Of a stretch of DNA of 64,000 bases, positions 51,006 through 64,000 are shown piece by piece; within the stretch, counting starts at the first letter, position 1, and every line of letters starts with the position of its first letter. The DNA comes from Squalus acanthias. Taxonomy: Eukaryota. The stretch is taken from NCBI GenBank assembly GCA_030390025.1, contig JASTWF010000368.1, forward strand, positions 186,001 to 250,000, in the 5' to 3' direction. Made by a program: the position numbers and the translations under genes. The notes under the pieces were generated by a model. It did not search any database. It had not been told where the DNA came from and saw only the letters and a program-made list of their open reading frames with translations.

Positions 51006-54000
51006 CTGGAGGAGGTTACAGAGATAGGGAGGGTTGTAGAGCTGGAGGAGGTTACAGAGATAGGGAGGGTTGTAGAGCTGGAGGTGGTTCCAGAGATAGG
51101 GAGGGTTGTAGGGGCTGGAGGAGGTGACAGAGATAGGGAGGGTTGTAGGGGCTGGAGGAGGTTACAGAGACAGGGAGGGTTGTAGGGCTGGAGGAGGTTA
51201 CAGAGATAGGGAGGGTTGTAGGAGCTGGAGGAGGTTACAGAGATAGGGAGGGTTGTAGGGGCTGGAGGAGGTTACAGAGATAGGGAGGGTTGTAGGGGCT
51301 GGAGGTGGTTACAGAGATAGGGAGGGTTGTAGGGGCTGGAGGAGGTTACAGAGATAGGGAGGGCTGTAGGGACTGGTGGGGGTTACAGAGATAGGGAGGG
51401 TTGTTGGGGCTGCAGAGGTAGGGAGTGTTGTTGGGGCTGGAGGAGGTTACAGAGATAGGGAGGGTTCTAGGGGCTGGAGGAGTTTACAGAGATAGGGAGG
51501 GTTGTAGGGGCTGGAGGAGTGTACAGAGATAGGGAGGTTTTTAGGGGCTGGAGGAGGGGACAGAGATAGGGAGAGTTGTAGGGGCTGGAGGAGGTTACAG
51601 AGATAGGGAGAGTTGTAGGGGCTGGAGGAGGTTACAGAGATAGGGAGGTTTGTAGGGGCTGGAGGAGGGTACAGAGATAGGGAGAGTTGTAGGGGCTGGA
51701 GGAGGTTACAGAGATCGGGAGGGTTGTAGGTCTGGAGGAGTTTACAGAGATAGGGAGGGTTGTAGGGGCTGGAGGAGGTTAGAGAGATAGGGAGGGTTGT
51801 CGGGCTGGAGGAGGTTACAGAGATAGGGAGGGTTGTAGGGGCTGGAGGAGGTTACAGAGATATGGAGGGTTGTAGGGCTGGAGGAGGTTACAGAGATCGG
51901 GAGGGTTGTAGGGGCTGGAGGAGATTACAGAGATAGGGAGGGTTGTAGGGCTGGAGGAGGTTACAGAGATAGGGAGGGTTGTAGGGCTGGAGGAGGTTAC
52001 AGAGATAGGGAGGGTTGTAGGGACTGGAGGAGGTTACAGAGATAGGGAGGGTTGTCGGGCTGGAGGAGGTTACAGAGATAGGGAGGGTTGGAGGGGCTGG
52101 AGGAGGTTACAGAGATAGGGAGGGTTGTAGGGGCTGGAGGAGGTTACAGAGATAGGGAGGGTTGTAGGGCTGGAGGTGGTTCCAGAGATAGGGAGGGTTG
52201 TAGGGCTGGAGGTGGTTCCAGAGATAGGGAGGGTTGTAGGGCTGGAGGTGGTTCCAGAGATAGGGAGGGTTGCAGAGCTGGAGGAGGTTACAGAGATAGG
52301 GAGGGTTGTAGGGGCTGGAGGAGGTTACAGAGATAGGGAGGGTTGTAGGGCTGGAGGAGGTTACAGAGATCGGGAGGGTTCTAGGGCTGGAGGTGGTTCC
52401 AGAGATAGGGAGGGTTGTAGGGCTGGAGGTGGTTACAGAGATAGGGAGGGATGTAGGGGCTGGAGGAGGTTACAGAGATAGGGAGGGTTGTAGGGCTGGA
52501 GGAGGTTAGAGAGATAGGGAGGGTTGTCGGGCTGGAGGAGGTTACAGAGATAGGGAGGGTTGTTGGGGCTGGAGGAGGGTACAGAGATAGGGAGGGCTGT
52601 TGGGACTGGTGGGGGTTACAGAGACAGGGAGGGTTGTTGGGGCTGCAGAGGTAGGGAGTGTTGTTGGGGCTGGAGGAGGTTACAGAGATAGGGAGGGTTC
52701 TAGGGGCTGGAGGAGTTTACAGAGATAGGGAGGGTTGTAGGGGCTGGAGGAGTTTACAGAGATAGGGAGGGTTGTAGGGGCTGGAGGAGTGTACAGAGAT
52801 AGGGAGGTTTTTAGGGGCTGGAGGAGGGTACAGAGATAGGGAGAGTTGTAGGGGCTGGAGGAGGTTCCAGAGATAGGGAGGGTTGTAGGGCTGGAGGAGG
52901 TTACAGAGATAGGGAGGGTTGTAGGGGCTGGAGGAGGTTACAGAGATAGGGAGGGTTGTAGGGCTGGAGGAGGTTACAGAGATCGGGAGGGTTGTAGGGC
53001 TGGAGGTGGTTCCAGAGATAGGGAGGGTTGTAGGGCTGGAGGTGGTTACAGAGATAGGGAGGGTTGTAGATGCTGGAGGAGGTCACAGAGATAGGGAGGG
53101 TTGTAGGGGCTGGAGCAGTGTACAGAGATAGGGAGGTTTTTAGGGGCTGGAGGAGGGTACAGAGATAGGGAGAGTTGTAGGGGCTGGAGGAGGTTACAGA
53201 GATCGGGAGGGTTGTAGGTCTGGAGGAGTTTACAGAGATAGGGAGGGTTGTAGGGGCTGGAGGAGGTTACAGAGACAGGGAGGGTTGTCGGGCTGGAGGA
53301 GGTTACAGAGATAGGGAGGGTTGTAGGGGCTGGAGGAGGTTACAGAGATAGGGAGGGATGTAGGGGCTGGAGGAGGTTACAGAGATAGGGAGGGTTGTAG
53401 GGCTGGAGGAGGTTAGAGAGATAGGGAGGGTTGTAGGGGCTGGAGGAGGGTACAGAGATAGGGAGGGTTGTAGGGACTGGTGGGGGTTACAGAGATAGGG
53501 AGGGTTGTTGGGGCTGCAGAGGTAGGGAGTGTTGTTGGGGCTGGAGGAGGTTACAGAGATAGGGAGGGTTCTCGGGGCTGGAGGAGTTTACAGAGATAGG
53601 GAGGGTTGTAGGGGCTGGAGGAGTGTACAGAGATAGGGAGGTTTTTAGGGGCTGGAGGAGGGTACAGAGATAGGGAGAGTTGTAGGGGCTGGAGGAGGTT
53701 CCAGAGATAGGGAGGGTTGTAGGGCTGGAGGAGGTTACAGAGATAGGGAGGGTTGTAGGGGCTGGAGGAGGTTACAGAGATAGGGAGGGTTGTAGGGCTG
53801 GAGGAGGTTACAGAGATCGGGAGGGTTGTAGGGCTGGAGGAGGTTACAGAGATAGGGAGGGTTGTAGGGCTGGAGGAGGTTACAGAGATAGGGAGGGTTG
53901 TAGGGCTGGAGGAGGTTACAGAGATAGGGAGGGTTGTAGGGGCTGGAGGAGGTTACAGAGATAGGGAGGGTTTTAGGGGCTGGAGGAGGGTACAGAGATA

Positions 54001-57000
54001 GGGAGGGTTGTAGGGGCTGGAGGAGGTTACAGAGATAGGGAGGGTTGTAGGGCTGGAGGAGGTTACAGAGATAGGGAGGGTTGTAGGGGCTGGAGGAGGT
54101 TACAGAGATAGGGAGGGTTGTCGGGCTGGAGGAGGTTACAGAGATAGGGAGGGTTGTAGGGGCTGGAGGAGGTTACAGAGATAGGGAGGGTTGTAGGGGC
54201 TGGAGGAGGTTACAGAGATAGGGAGGGTTGTAGGGCTGGAGGAGGTTACAGAGATAGGGAGGGTTGTAGGGGCTGGAGGAGGGTACAGAGATAGGGAGGG
54301 TTGTAGGGACTGGTGGGGGTTACAGAGATAGGGAGGGTTGTTGGGGCTGCAGAGGTAGGGAGTGTTGTTGGGGCTGGAGGAGGTTACAGAGATAGGGAGG
54401 GTTCTCGGGGCTGGAGGAGTTTACAGAGATAGGGAGGGTTGTAGGGGCTGGAGGAGTGTACAGAGATAGGGAGGTTTTTAGGGGCTGGAGGAGGTTCCAG
54501 AGATAGGGAGGGTTGTAGAGCTGGAGGAAGTTACAGAGATAGGAAGGGTTGTAGAGCTGGAGGTGGTTCCAGAGATAGGGAGGGTTGTAGGGGCTGGAGG
54601 AGGTTACAGAGATAGGGAGGGTTCTAGGGGCTGGAGGAGTTTACAGAGATAGGGAGGGTTGTAGGGGCTGGAGGAGTGTACAGATAGGGAGGTTTTTAGG
54701 GGCTGGAGGAGGGTACAGAGATCGGGAGAGTTGTAGGGGCTGGAGGAGGTTACAGAGACAGGGAGAGTTGTAGGGGCTGGAGGAGGTTACAGAGATCGGG
54801 AGGGTTGTAGGTCTGGAGGAGTTTACAGAGATAGGGAGGGTTGTAGGGGCTGGAGGAGGTTACAGAGATAGGGAGGGTTGTAGGGGCTGGAGGAGGTGAC
54901 AGAGATAGGGAGGGTTGTAGGACTGGAGGAGGTTACAGAGATAGGGAGGGTTGTCGGGGCTGGAGGAGGTTACAGAGATAGGGAGGGTTGTAGGGGCTGG
55001 AGGAGGTTACAGAGATAGGGAGGGTTGTAGGGGCTGGAGGAGGTTACAGAGATAGGGAGGGTTGTAGGGCTGGAGGTGGTTCCAGAGATAGGGAGGGTTG
55101 TAGAGCTGGAGGAGGTTACAGAGATAGGGAGGGTTGTAGGGCTGGAGGAGGTTACAGAGATAGGGAGGGTTGTAGGGGCTGGAGGAGGTTACAGAGATAG
55201 GGAGGGTTGTTGGGGCTGGAGGAGGGTACAGAGATAGGGAGGGCTGTAGGGACTGGTGGGGGTTACAGAGATAGGGAGGGTTGTTGGGGCTGCAGAGGTA
55301 GGGAGTGTTGTTGGGGCTGGAGGAGGTTACAGAGATAGGGAGGGTTCTAGGGGCTGGAGGAGTTTACAGAGATAGGGAGGGTTGTAGGGGCTGGAGGAGT
55401 GTACAGAGATAGGGAGGTTTTTAGGGGCTGGAGGAGGGTACAGAGATAGGGAGAGTTGTAGGGGCTGGAGTAGGTTACAGAGATAGGGAGGTTTGTAGGG
55501 GCTGGAGGAGGGTACAGAGATAGGGAGAGTTGTAGGGGCTGGAGGAGGTTACAGAGATCGGGAGGGTTGTAGGTCTGGAGGAGTTTACAGAGATAGGGAG
55601 GGTTGTCGGGGCTGGAGGAGGTTACAGAGATAGGGAGGGTTGTCGGGCTGGAGGAGGTTACAGAGATAGGGAGGGTTGTAGGGGCTGGAGGAGGTTACAG
55701 AGATATGGAGGGTTGTAGGGGCTGGAGGAGGTTACAGAGATAGGGAGGGTTGTAGGGCTGGAGGAGGTTACAGAGATAGGGAGGGTTGTAGGGACTGCAG
55801 GAGGTTACAGAGATAGGGAGGGTTGTCGGGGCTGGAGGAGGTTACAGAGATAGGGAGGGTTGTAGGGGCTGGAGGAGGTTACAGAGATAGGGAGGGTTGT
55901 AGGGGCTGGAGGAGGTTACAGAGATAGGGAGGGTTGTAGGGCTGGAGGTGGTTCCAGAGATAGGGAGGGTTGAAGAGCTGGAGGAGGTTACAGAGATAGG
56001 GAGGGTTGTAGAGCTGGAGGTGGTTCCAGAGATAGGGAGGGTTGTAGGGGCTGGAGGAGGTGACAGAGATAGGGAGGGTTGTAGGGCTGGAGGTGGTTCC
56101 AGAGATAGGGAGGGTTGTAGGGCTGGAGGTGGTTACAGAGATAGGGAGGGTTGTCGGGGCTGGAGGAGGTTACAGAGATAGGGAGGGTTGTCGGGCTGGA
56201 GGAGGTTACAGAGATAGGGAGGGTTGTTGGGGCTGGATGAGGGTACAGAGATAGGGAGGGCTGTAGGGACTGGTGGGGGTTACAGAGATTGGGAGGGTTG
56301 TTGGGGCTGCAGAGGTAGGGAGTGTTGTTGGGGCTGGAGGAGGTTACAGAGATAGGGAGGGTTCTAGGGGCTGGGGGAGTTTACAGAGATAGGGACGGTT
56401 GTAGGGGCTGGAGGAGTGCACAGAGATAGGGAGGTTTTTAGGGGCTGGAGGAGGTCACAGAGATAGGGAGAGTTGTAGGGGCTGGAGGAGGTTACAGAGA
56501 TAGGGAGGTTTGTAGGGGCTGGAGGAGGGTACAGAGATAGGGAGAGTTGTAGGGGCTGGAGGAGGTTACAGAGATCGGGAGGGTTGTAGGTCTGGAGGAG
56601 TTTACAGAGATAGGGAGGGTTGTAGGGGCTGGAGGAGGTTACAGAGATAGGGAGGGTTGTCGGGCTGGAGGAGGTTACATTGATAGGGAGGGTTGTAGGG
56701 GCTGGAGGAGGTTACAGAGATATGGAGGGTTGTAGGAGCTGGAGGAGATTACAGAGATAGGGAGGGCTGTAGGGCTGGAGGAGGTTACAGAGATAGGGAG
56801 GGTTGTAGGGCTGGAGGAGGTTACAGAGATAGGGAGGGTTGTAGGGACTGCAGGAGGTTACAGAGATAGGGAGGGTTGTCGGGGCTGGAGGAGGTTACAG
56901 AGATAGGGAGGGTTGTAGGGGCTGGAGGAGGTTACAGAGATAGGGAGGGTTGTAGGGGCTGGAGGAGGTTACAGAGATAGGGAGGGTTGTAGGGCTGGAG

Positions 57001-60000
57001 GTGGTTCCAGAGATAGGGAGGGTTGTCGAGCTGGAGGAGGTTACAGAGATAGGGAGGGTTGTTGAGCTGGAGGTGGTTCCAGAGATAGGGAGGGTTGTAG
57101 GGGCTGGAGGAGTGCACAGAGATAGGGAGGTTTTTAGGGGCTGGAGGAGGTCACAGAGATAGGGAGAGTTGTAGGGGCTGGAGGAGGTTACAGAGATAGG
57201 GAGGGTTGTAGGGGCTGGAGGAGGTTACAGAGATAGGGAGGGTTGTTGGGGCTGGAGGAGGGTACAGAGATAGGGAGGGCTGTAGGGACTGGTGGGGGTT
57301 ACAGAGATAGGGAGGGTTGTTGGGGCTGCAGAGGTAGGGAGTGTTGTTGGGGCTGGAGGATGTTACAGAGATAGGGAGGGTTCTAGGGGCTGGAGGAGTT
57401 TACAGAGATAGGGAGGGTTGTAGGGGCTGGAGGAGTGTACAGAGATAGGGAGGTTTTTAGGGGCTGGAGGAGGGTACAGAGATAGGGAGAGTTGTAGGGG
57501 CTGGAGTAGGTTACAGAGATAGGGAGAGTTGTAGGGGCTGGAGGAGGTTACAGAGATAGGGAGGTTTGTAGGGGCTGGAGGAGGGTACAGAGATAGGGAG
57601 AGTTGTAGGGGCTGGAGGAGGTTACAGAGATCGGGAGGGTTGTAGGTCTGGAGGAGTTTACAGAGATAGGGAGGGTTGTAGGGCTGGAGGTGGTTCCAGA
57701 GATAGGGAGGGTTGTAGGGGCTGGAGGAGGTGACAGAGATAGGGAGGGTTGTAGGGCTGGAGGAGGTTACAGAGATAGGGAGGGTTGTAGGGCTGGAGGT
57801 GGTTCCAGAGATAGGGAGGGTTGTAGGGCTGGAGGTGGTTCCAGAGATAGGGAGGGTTGTAGGGCTGGAGGTGGTTACAGAGATAGGGAGGGTTGTCGGG
57901 GCTGGAGGAGGTTACAGAGATAGGGAGGGTTGTCGGGCTGGAGGAGGTTACAGAGATAGGGAGGGTTGTTGGGGCTGGATGAGGGTACAGAGATAGGGAG
58001 GGCTGTAGGGACTGGTGGGGGTTACAGAGATAGGGAGGGTTGTTGGGGCTGCAGAGGTAGGGAGTGTTGTTGGGGCTGGAGGAGGTTACAGAGATAGGGA
58101 GGGTTCTAGGGGCTGGGGGAGTTTACAGAGATAGGGAGGGTTGTAGGGGCTGGAGGAGTGCACAGAGATAGGGAGGTTTTTAGGGGCTGGAGGAGGTCAC
58201 AGAGATAGGGAGAGTTGTAGGGGCTGGAGGAGGTTACAGAGATAGGGAGGTTTGTAGGGGCTGGAGGAGGGTACAGAGATAGGGAGAGTTGTAGGGGCTG
58301 GAGGAGGTTACAGAGATCGGGAGGGTTGTAGGTCTGGAGGAGTTTACAGAGATAGGGAGGGTTGTAGGGGCTGGAGGAAGTTCCAGAGATAGGGAGGGTT
58401 GTAGAGCTGGAGGAGGTTACAGAGATAGGGAGGGTTGTAGGGGCTGGAGGAGGTTACAGAGATATGGAGGGTTGTAGGGGCTGGAGGAGATTACAGAGAT
58501 AGGGAGGGTTGTAGGGCTGGAGGAGGTTACAGAGATAGGGAGGGTTGTAGGGCTGGAGGAGGTTACAGAGATAGGGAGGGTTGTAGGGACTGCAGGAGGT
58601 TACAGAGATAGGGAGGGTTGTCGGGGCTGGAGGAGGTTACAGAGATAGGGAGGGTTGTAGGGGCTGGAGGAGGTTACAGAGATAGGGAGGGTTGTAGGGG
58701 CTGGAGGAGGTTACAGAGATAGGGAGGGTTGTAGGGCTGGAGGTGGTTCCAGAGATAGGGAGGGTTGTCGAGCTGGAGGAGGTTACAGAGATAGGGAGGG
58801 TTGTTGAGCTGGAGGTGGTTCCAGAGATAGGGAGGGTTGTCGGGGCTGGAGGAGTGCACAGAGATAGGGAGGTTTTTAGGGGCTGGAGGAGGTCACAGAG
58901 ATAGGGAGAGTTGTAGGGGCTGGAGGAGGTTACAGAGATAGGGAGGGTTGTAGGGGCTGGAGGAGGTTACAGAGATAGGGAGGGTTGTTGGGGCTGGAGG
59001 AGGGTACAGAGATAGGGAGGGCTGTAGGGACTGGTGGGGGTTACAGAGATCGGGAGGGTTGTAGGTCTGGAGGAGTTTACAGAGATAGGGAGGGTTGAAG
59101 GGGCTGGAGGAGGTTACAGAGATAGGGAGGGTTGTCGGGCTGGAGGAGGTTACATTGATAGGGAGGGTTGTAGGGGCTGGAGGAGGTTACAGAGATATGG
59201 AGGGTTGTAGGGGCTGGAGGAGATTACAGAGATAGGGAGGGTTGTAGGGCTGGAGGAGGTTACAGAGATAGGGAGGGTTGTAGGGCTGGAGGAGGTTACA
59301 GAGATAGGGAGGGTTGTAGGGACTGCAGGAGGTTACAGAGATAGGGAGGGTTGTCGGGGCTGGAGGAGGTTACAGAGATAGGGAGGGTTGTAGGGGCTGG
59401 AGGAGGTTACAGAGATAGGGAGGGTTGTAGGGGCTGGAGGAGGTTACAGAGATAGGGAGGGTTGTCGGGCTGGAGGAGGTTACAGAGATATGGAGGGTTG
59501 TGGGGCTGGAGGAGGTTACAGAGATCGGGAGGGTTGTCGGGGCTGGAGGAGGTTACAGAGATAGGGAGGGTTGTCGGGGCTGGAGGAGGTTACAGAGATA
59601 GGGAGGGTTGTAGAGCTGGAGGAGGTTACAGAGATCGGGAGGGTTGTAGGGGCTGGAGGAGGATACAGAGATAGGGAGGGTTGTAGGAGGTTACAGAGAT
59701 AGGGAGGGTTGTAGGGGCTGGAGGAGGTTACAGAGATAGGGAGGGTTGTAGGGGCTGGAGGAGGTTACAGAGATCGGGAGGGTTGTAGGGGCTGGAGGAT
59801 ACAGAGATAGGGAGGGTTGTAGGAGGTTACAGAGATAGAGGGGTTAGGCTGGAGAGGTTCAGAGATAGGGAGGGTTGTAGGGCTGGAGGAGGTTACAGAG
59901 ATAGGGAGGGTTGTAGGGGCTGGAGGAGGTTACAGAGATAGGGAGGGTTGTAGGGCTGGAGGAGGTTACAGAGGATAGGTGGAGGAGGTTCAAGTGAGAG

Positions 60001-63000
60001 GGCTGGAGGAGGTTACAGAGATAGGGAGGGTTGTAGGGGCTGGAGGAGGTTACAGAGATAGGGAGGGTTGTAGGGCTGGAGGAGGTTACAGAGATGGGAG
60101 GGTTGTAGGGCTGGAGGAGGTTACAGAGATAGGGAGGTTGTAGGGCTGGAGGAGGTTACAGAGATAGGGAGGGTTGTAGGGGCTGGAGGAGGTTACAGAG
60201 ATAGGGAGGGTTGTAGGGGCTGGAGGAGGTTACAGAGATAGGGAGGGTTGTAGGGCTGGAGGAGGTTACAGAGATAGGGAGGGTTGTAGGGCTGGAGGAG
60301 GTTACAGAGATAGGGAGGGTTGTAGGGGCTGGAGGAGGTTACAGAGATAGGGAGGGTTGTAGGGGCTGGAGGAGGTTACAGAGATAGGGAGGGTTGTAGG
60401 GCTGGAGGAGGTTACAGAGATAGGGAGGGTTGTAGGGCTGGAGGAGGTTACAGAGATAGGGAGGGTTGTAGGGGCTGGAGGAGGTTACAGAGATAGGGAG
60501 GGTTGTAGGGGCTGGAGGAGGTTACAGAGATAGGGAGGGTTGTAGGGGCTGGAGGAGGTTACAGAGATAGGGAGGGTTGTAGGGGCTGGAGGAGGTTACA
60601 GAGATAGGGAGGGTTGTAGGGCTGGAGGAGGTTACAGAGATAGGGAGGGTTGTAGGGGCTGGAGGAGGTTACAGAGATAGGGAGGGTTGTAGGGCTGGAG
60701 GAGGTTACAGAGATAGGGAGGGTTGTAGGGGCTGGAGGAGGTTACAGAGATAGGGAGGGTTGTAGGGGCTGGAGGAGGTTACAGAGATAGGGAGGTTGTA
60801 GGGGCTGGAGGAGGTTACAGAGATAGGGAGGGTTGTAGGGGCTGGAGGAGGTTACAGAGATAGGGAGGGTTGTAGGGGCTGGAGGAGGTTACAGAGATAG
60901 GGAGGGTTGTAGGGCTGGAGGAGGTTACAGAGATAGGGAGGGTTGTAGGGGCTGGAGGAGGTTACAGAGATAGGGAGGGTTGTAGGGCTGGAGGAGGTTA
61001 CAGAGATAGGGAGGGTTGTAGGGGCTGGAGGAGGTTACAGAGATAGGGAGGGTTGTAGGGCTGGAGGAGGTTACAGAGATAGGGAGGGTTGTAGGGCTGG
61101 AGGAGGTTACAGAGATAGGGAGGGTTGTAGGGCTGGAGGAGGTTACAGAGATAGGGAGGGTTGTAGGGCTGGAGGAGGTTACAGAGATAGGGAGGGTTGT
61201 AGGGCTGGAGGAGGTTACAGAGATAGGGAGGGTTGTAGGGCTGGAGGAGGTTACAGAGATAGGGAGGGTTGTAGGGCTGGAGGAGGTTACAGAGATAGGG
61301 AGGGTTGTAGGGCTGGAGGAGGTTACAGAGATAGGGAGGGTTGTAGGGCTGGAGGAGGTTACAGAGATAGGGAGGGTTGTAGGGCTGGAGGAGGTTACAG
61401 AGATAGGGAGGGTTGTAGGGCTGGAGGAGGTTACAGAGATAGGGAGGGTTGTAGGGCTGGAGGAGGTTACAGAGATAGGGAGGGTTGTAGGGCTGGAGGA
61501 GGTTACAGAGATAGGGAGGGTTGTAGGGCTGGAGGAGGTTACAGAGATAGGGAGGGTTGTAGGGCTGGAGGAGGTTCCAGAGATAGGGAGGGTTGTAGGG
61601 GCTGGAGGAGGTTACAGAGATAGGGAGGGTTGTAGGGCTGGAGGAGGTTACAGAGATAGGGAGGGTTGTAGGGCTGGAGGAGGTACAGAGATAGGGAGGG
61701 TTGTAGGGGCTGGAGGAGGGTACAGAGATAGGGAGGGTTGTAGGGCTGGAGGAGGTTACAGAGATAGGGAGGGTTGTAGGGGCTGGAGGAGGTTACAGAG
61801 ATAGGGAGGGTTGTAGGGGCTGGAGGAGGTTACAGAGATAGGGAGGGTTGTAGGGGCTGGAGGAGGTTACAGAGATAGGGAGGGTTGTAGGGCTGGAGGA
61901 GGTTACAGAGATAGGGAGGGTTGTAGGGGCTGGAGGAGGTTACAGAGATAGGGAGGGTTGTAGGGCTGGAGGAGGTTACAGAGATAGGGAGGGTTGTAGG
62001 GGCTGGAGGAGGTTACAGAGATAGGGAGGGTTGTAGGGGCTGGAGGAGGTTACAGAGATAGGGAGGGTTGTAGGGCTGGAGGAGGTTACAGAGATAGGGA
62101 GGGTTGTAGGGGCTGGAGGAGGTTACAGAGATAGGGAGGGTTGTAGGGCTGGAGGAGGTTACAGAGATAGGGAGGGTTGTAGGGCTGGAGGAGGTTACAG
62201 AGATAGGGAGGGTTGTAGGGGCTGGAGGAGGTTACAGAGATAGGGAGGGTTGTAGGGCTGGAGGAGGTTACAGAGATAGGGAGGGTTGTAGGGGCTGGAG
62301 GAGGTTACAGAGATAGGGAGGGTTGTAGGGGCTGGAGGAGGTTACAGAGATAGGGAGGGTTGTAGGGCTGGAGGAGGTTACAGAGATAGGGAGGGTTGTA
62401 GGGCTGGAGGAGGTTACAGAGATAGGAGGGTTGTAGGGGCTGGAGGAGGTTACAGAGATAGGGAGGGTTGTAGGGGCTGGAGGAGGTTACAGAGATAGGG
62501 AGGGTTGTCGGGGCTGGAGGAGGTTACAGAGATAGGGAGGGTTGTAGGGGCTGGAGGAGGTTACAGAGATAGGGAGGGTTGTAGGGGCTGGAGGAGGTTA
62601 CAGAGATAGGGAGGGTTGTAGGGCTGGAGGAGGTTACAGAGATAGGGAGGTTTGTAGGGGCTGGAGGAGGGTACAGAGATAGGGAGAGTTGTAGGGGCTG
62701 GAGGAGGTTACAGCGATCGGGAGGGTTGTAGGTCTGGAGGAGTTTACAGAGATAGGGAGGGTTGTAGGGGCTGGAGGAGGTTACAGAGATAGGGAGGGTT
62801 GTCGGGCTGGAGGAGGTTACAGAGATAGGGAGGGTTGTAGGGGCTGGAGGAGGTTACAGAGATATGGAGGGTTGTAGGGCTGGAGGAGGTTACAGAGATC
62901 GGGAGGGTTGTAGGGGCTGGAGGAGATTACAGAGATAGGGAGGGTTGTAGGGCTGGAGGAGGTTACAGAGATAGGGAGGGTTGTAGGGCTGGAGGAGGTT

Positions 63001-64000
63001 ACAGAGATAGGGAGGGTTGTAGGGGCTGGAGGAGGTTACAGAGATAGGGAGGGTTGTAGGGGCTGGAGGAGGTTACAGAGATAGGGAGGGTTGTAGGGGC
63101 TGGAGGAGGTTACAGAGATAGGGAGGGTTGTAGGGGCTGGAGGAGGTTACAGAGATAGGGAGGGTTGTAGGGGCTGGAGGAGGTTACAGAGATAGGGAGG
63201 GTTGTAGGGCTGGAGGAGGTTACAGAGATAGGGAGGGTTGTAGGGCTGGAGGAGGTTACAGAGATAGGGAGGGTTGTAGGGCTGGAGGAGGTTACAGAGA
63301 TAGGGAGGGTTGTAGGGCTGGAGGAGGTTACAGAGATAGGGAGGGTTGTAGGGCTGGAGGAGGTTACAGAGATAGGGAGGGTTGTAGGGGCTGGAGGAGG
63401 TTACAGAGATAGGGAGGGTTGTAGGGGCTGGAGGAGGTTACAGAGATAGGGAGGGTTGTAGGGCTGGAGGTGGTTCCAGAGATAGGGAGGGTTGTAGGGC
63501 TGGAGGTGGTTACAGAGATAGGGAGGGTTGTAGGGCTGGAGGAGGTTACAGAGATAGGGAGGGTTGTAGGGCTGGAGGAGGTTACAGAGATAGGGAGGGT
63601 TGTAGGGCTGGAGGAGGTTACAGAGATAGGGAGGGTTGTAGGGCTGGAGGAGGTTACAGAGATAGGGAGGGTTGTAGGGCTGGAGGAGGTTACAGAGATA
63701 GGGAGGGTTGTAGGGGCTGGAGGTGGTTACAGAGATAGGGAGGGTTGTTGGGGCTGGAGGAGGGTACAGAGATAGGGAGGGCTGTAGGGACTGGTGGGGG
63801 TTACAGAGATAGGGAGGGTTGTTGGGGCTGCAGAGGTAGGGAGTGTTGTTGGGGCTGGAGGAGGTTACAGAGATAGGGAGGGTTCTAGGGGCTGGAGGAG
63901 TTTACAGAGATAGGGAGGGATGTAGGGGCTGGAGGAGTGTACAGAGATAGGGAGGTTTTTAGGGGCTGGAGGAGGGTACAGAGATAGGGAGAGTTGTAGG
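51003..64000. repeat. At least 13 kb of 36/37-bp satellite (GGGAGGGTTGTAGGGGCTGGAGGAGGTTACAGAGATA), presumably in SERCA intron 1
   Basis: Roughly 350 units to the window end; same unit as in the L2 copies at 15410-15490, 22915-23630 and 32730-33198. Confidence 0.98.

Overview
Eukaryotic genomic DNA. The CR1, L2, Deu-type SINE and Penelope repeats and the GC-rich, minisatellite-packed introns suggest a cartilaginous fish (inference). The main content is a minus-strand SERCA Ca2+-ATPase gene. I mapped exons 2-20 (49387 down to the stop at 9726). All have GT-AG boundaries and the lengths expected for ATP2A genes, and the catalytic and Ca2+-binding motifs are intact. Exon 1 is not in the window and presumably lies beyond a 13-kb L2-derived satellite. 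The protein is SERCA2-like and ends in a 49-aa SERCA2b-type tail. However, it lacks the internal donor that makes SERCA2a and has a changed phospholamban-contact loop, so it may be a 2b-only paralogue. Left of a 200-N gap is one plus-strand TMEM17-family exon. Right of the gap is an RFX X-box/GC-box promoter with a leftward first exon. Other notable signals are an 835-nt adenosine-free tract before exon 19 (implying a branch point about 846 nt away), a minisatellite made of copies of the exon 11 splice donor, minimal hammerhead ribozyme motifs in Penelope-like elements, and tandem arrays repeatedly seeded from the same motifs inside transposons. No prokaryotic system or CRISPR array is present.
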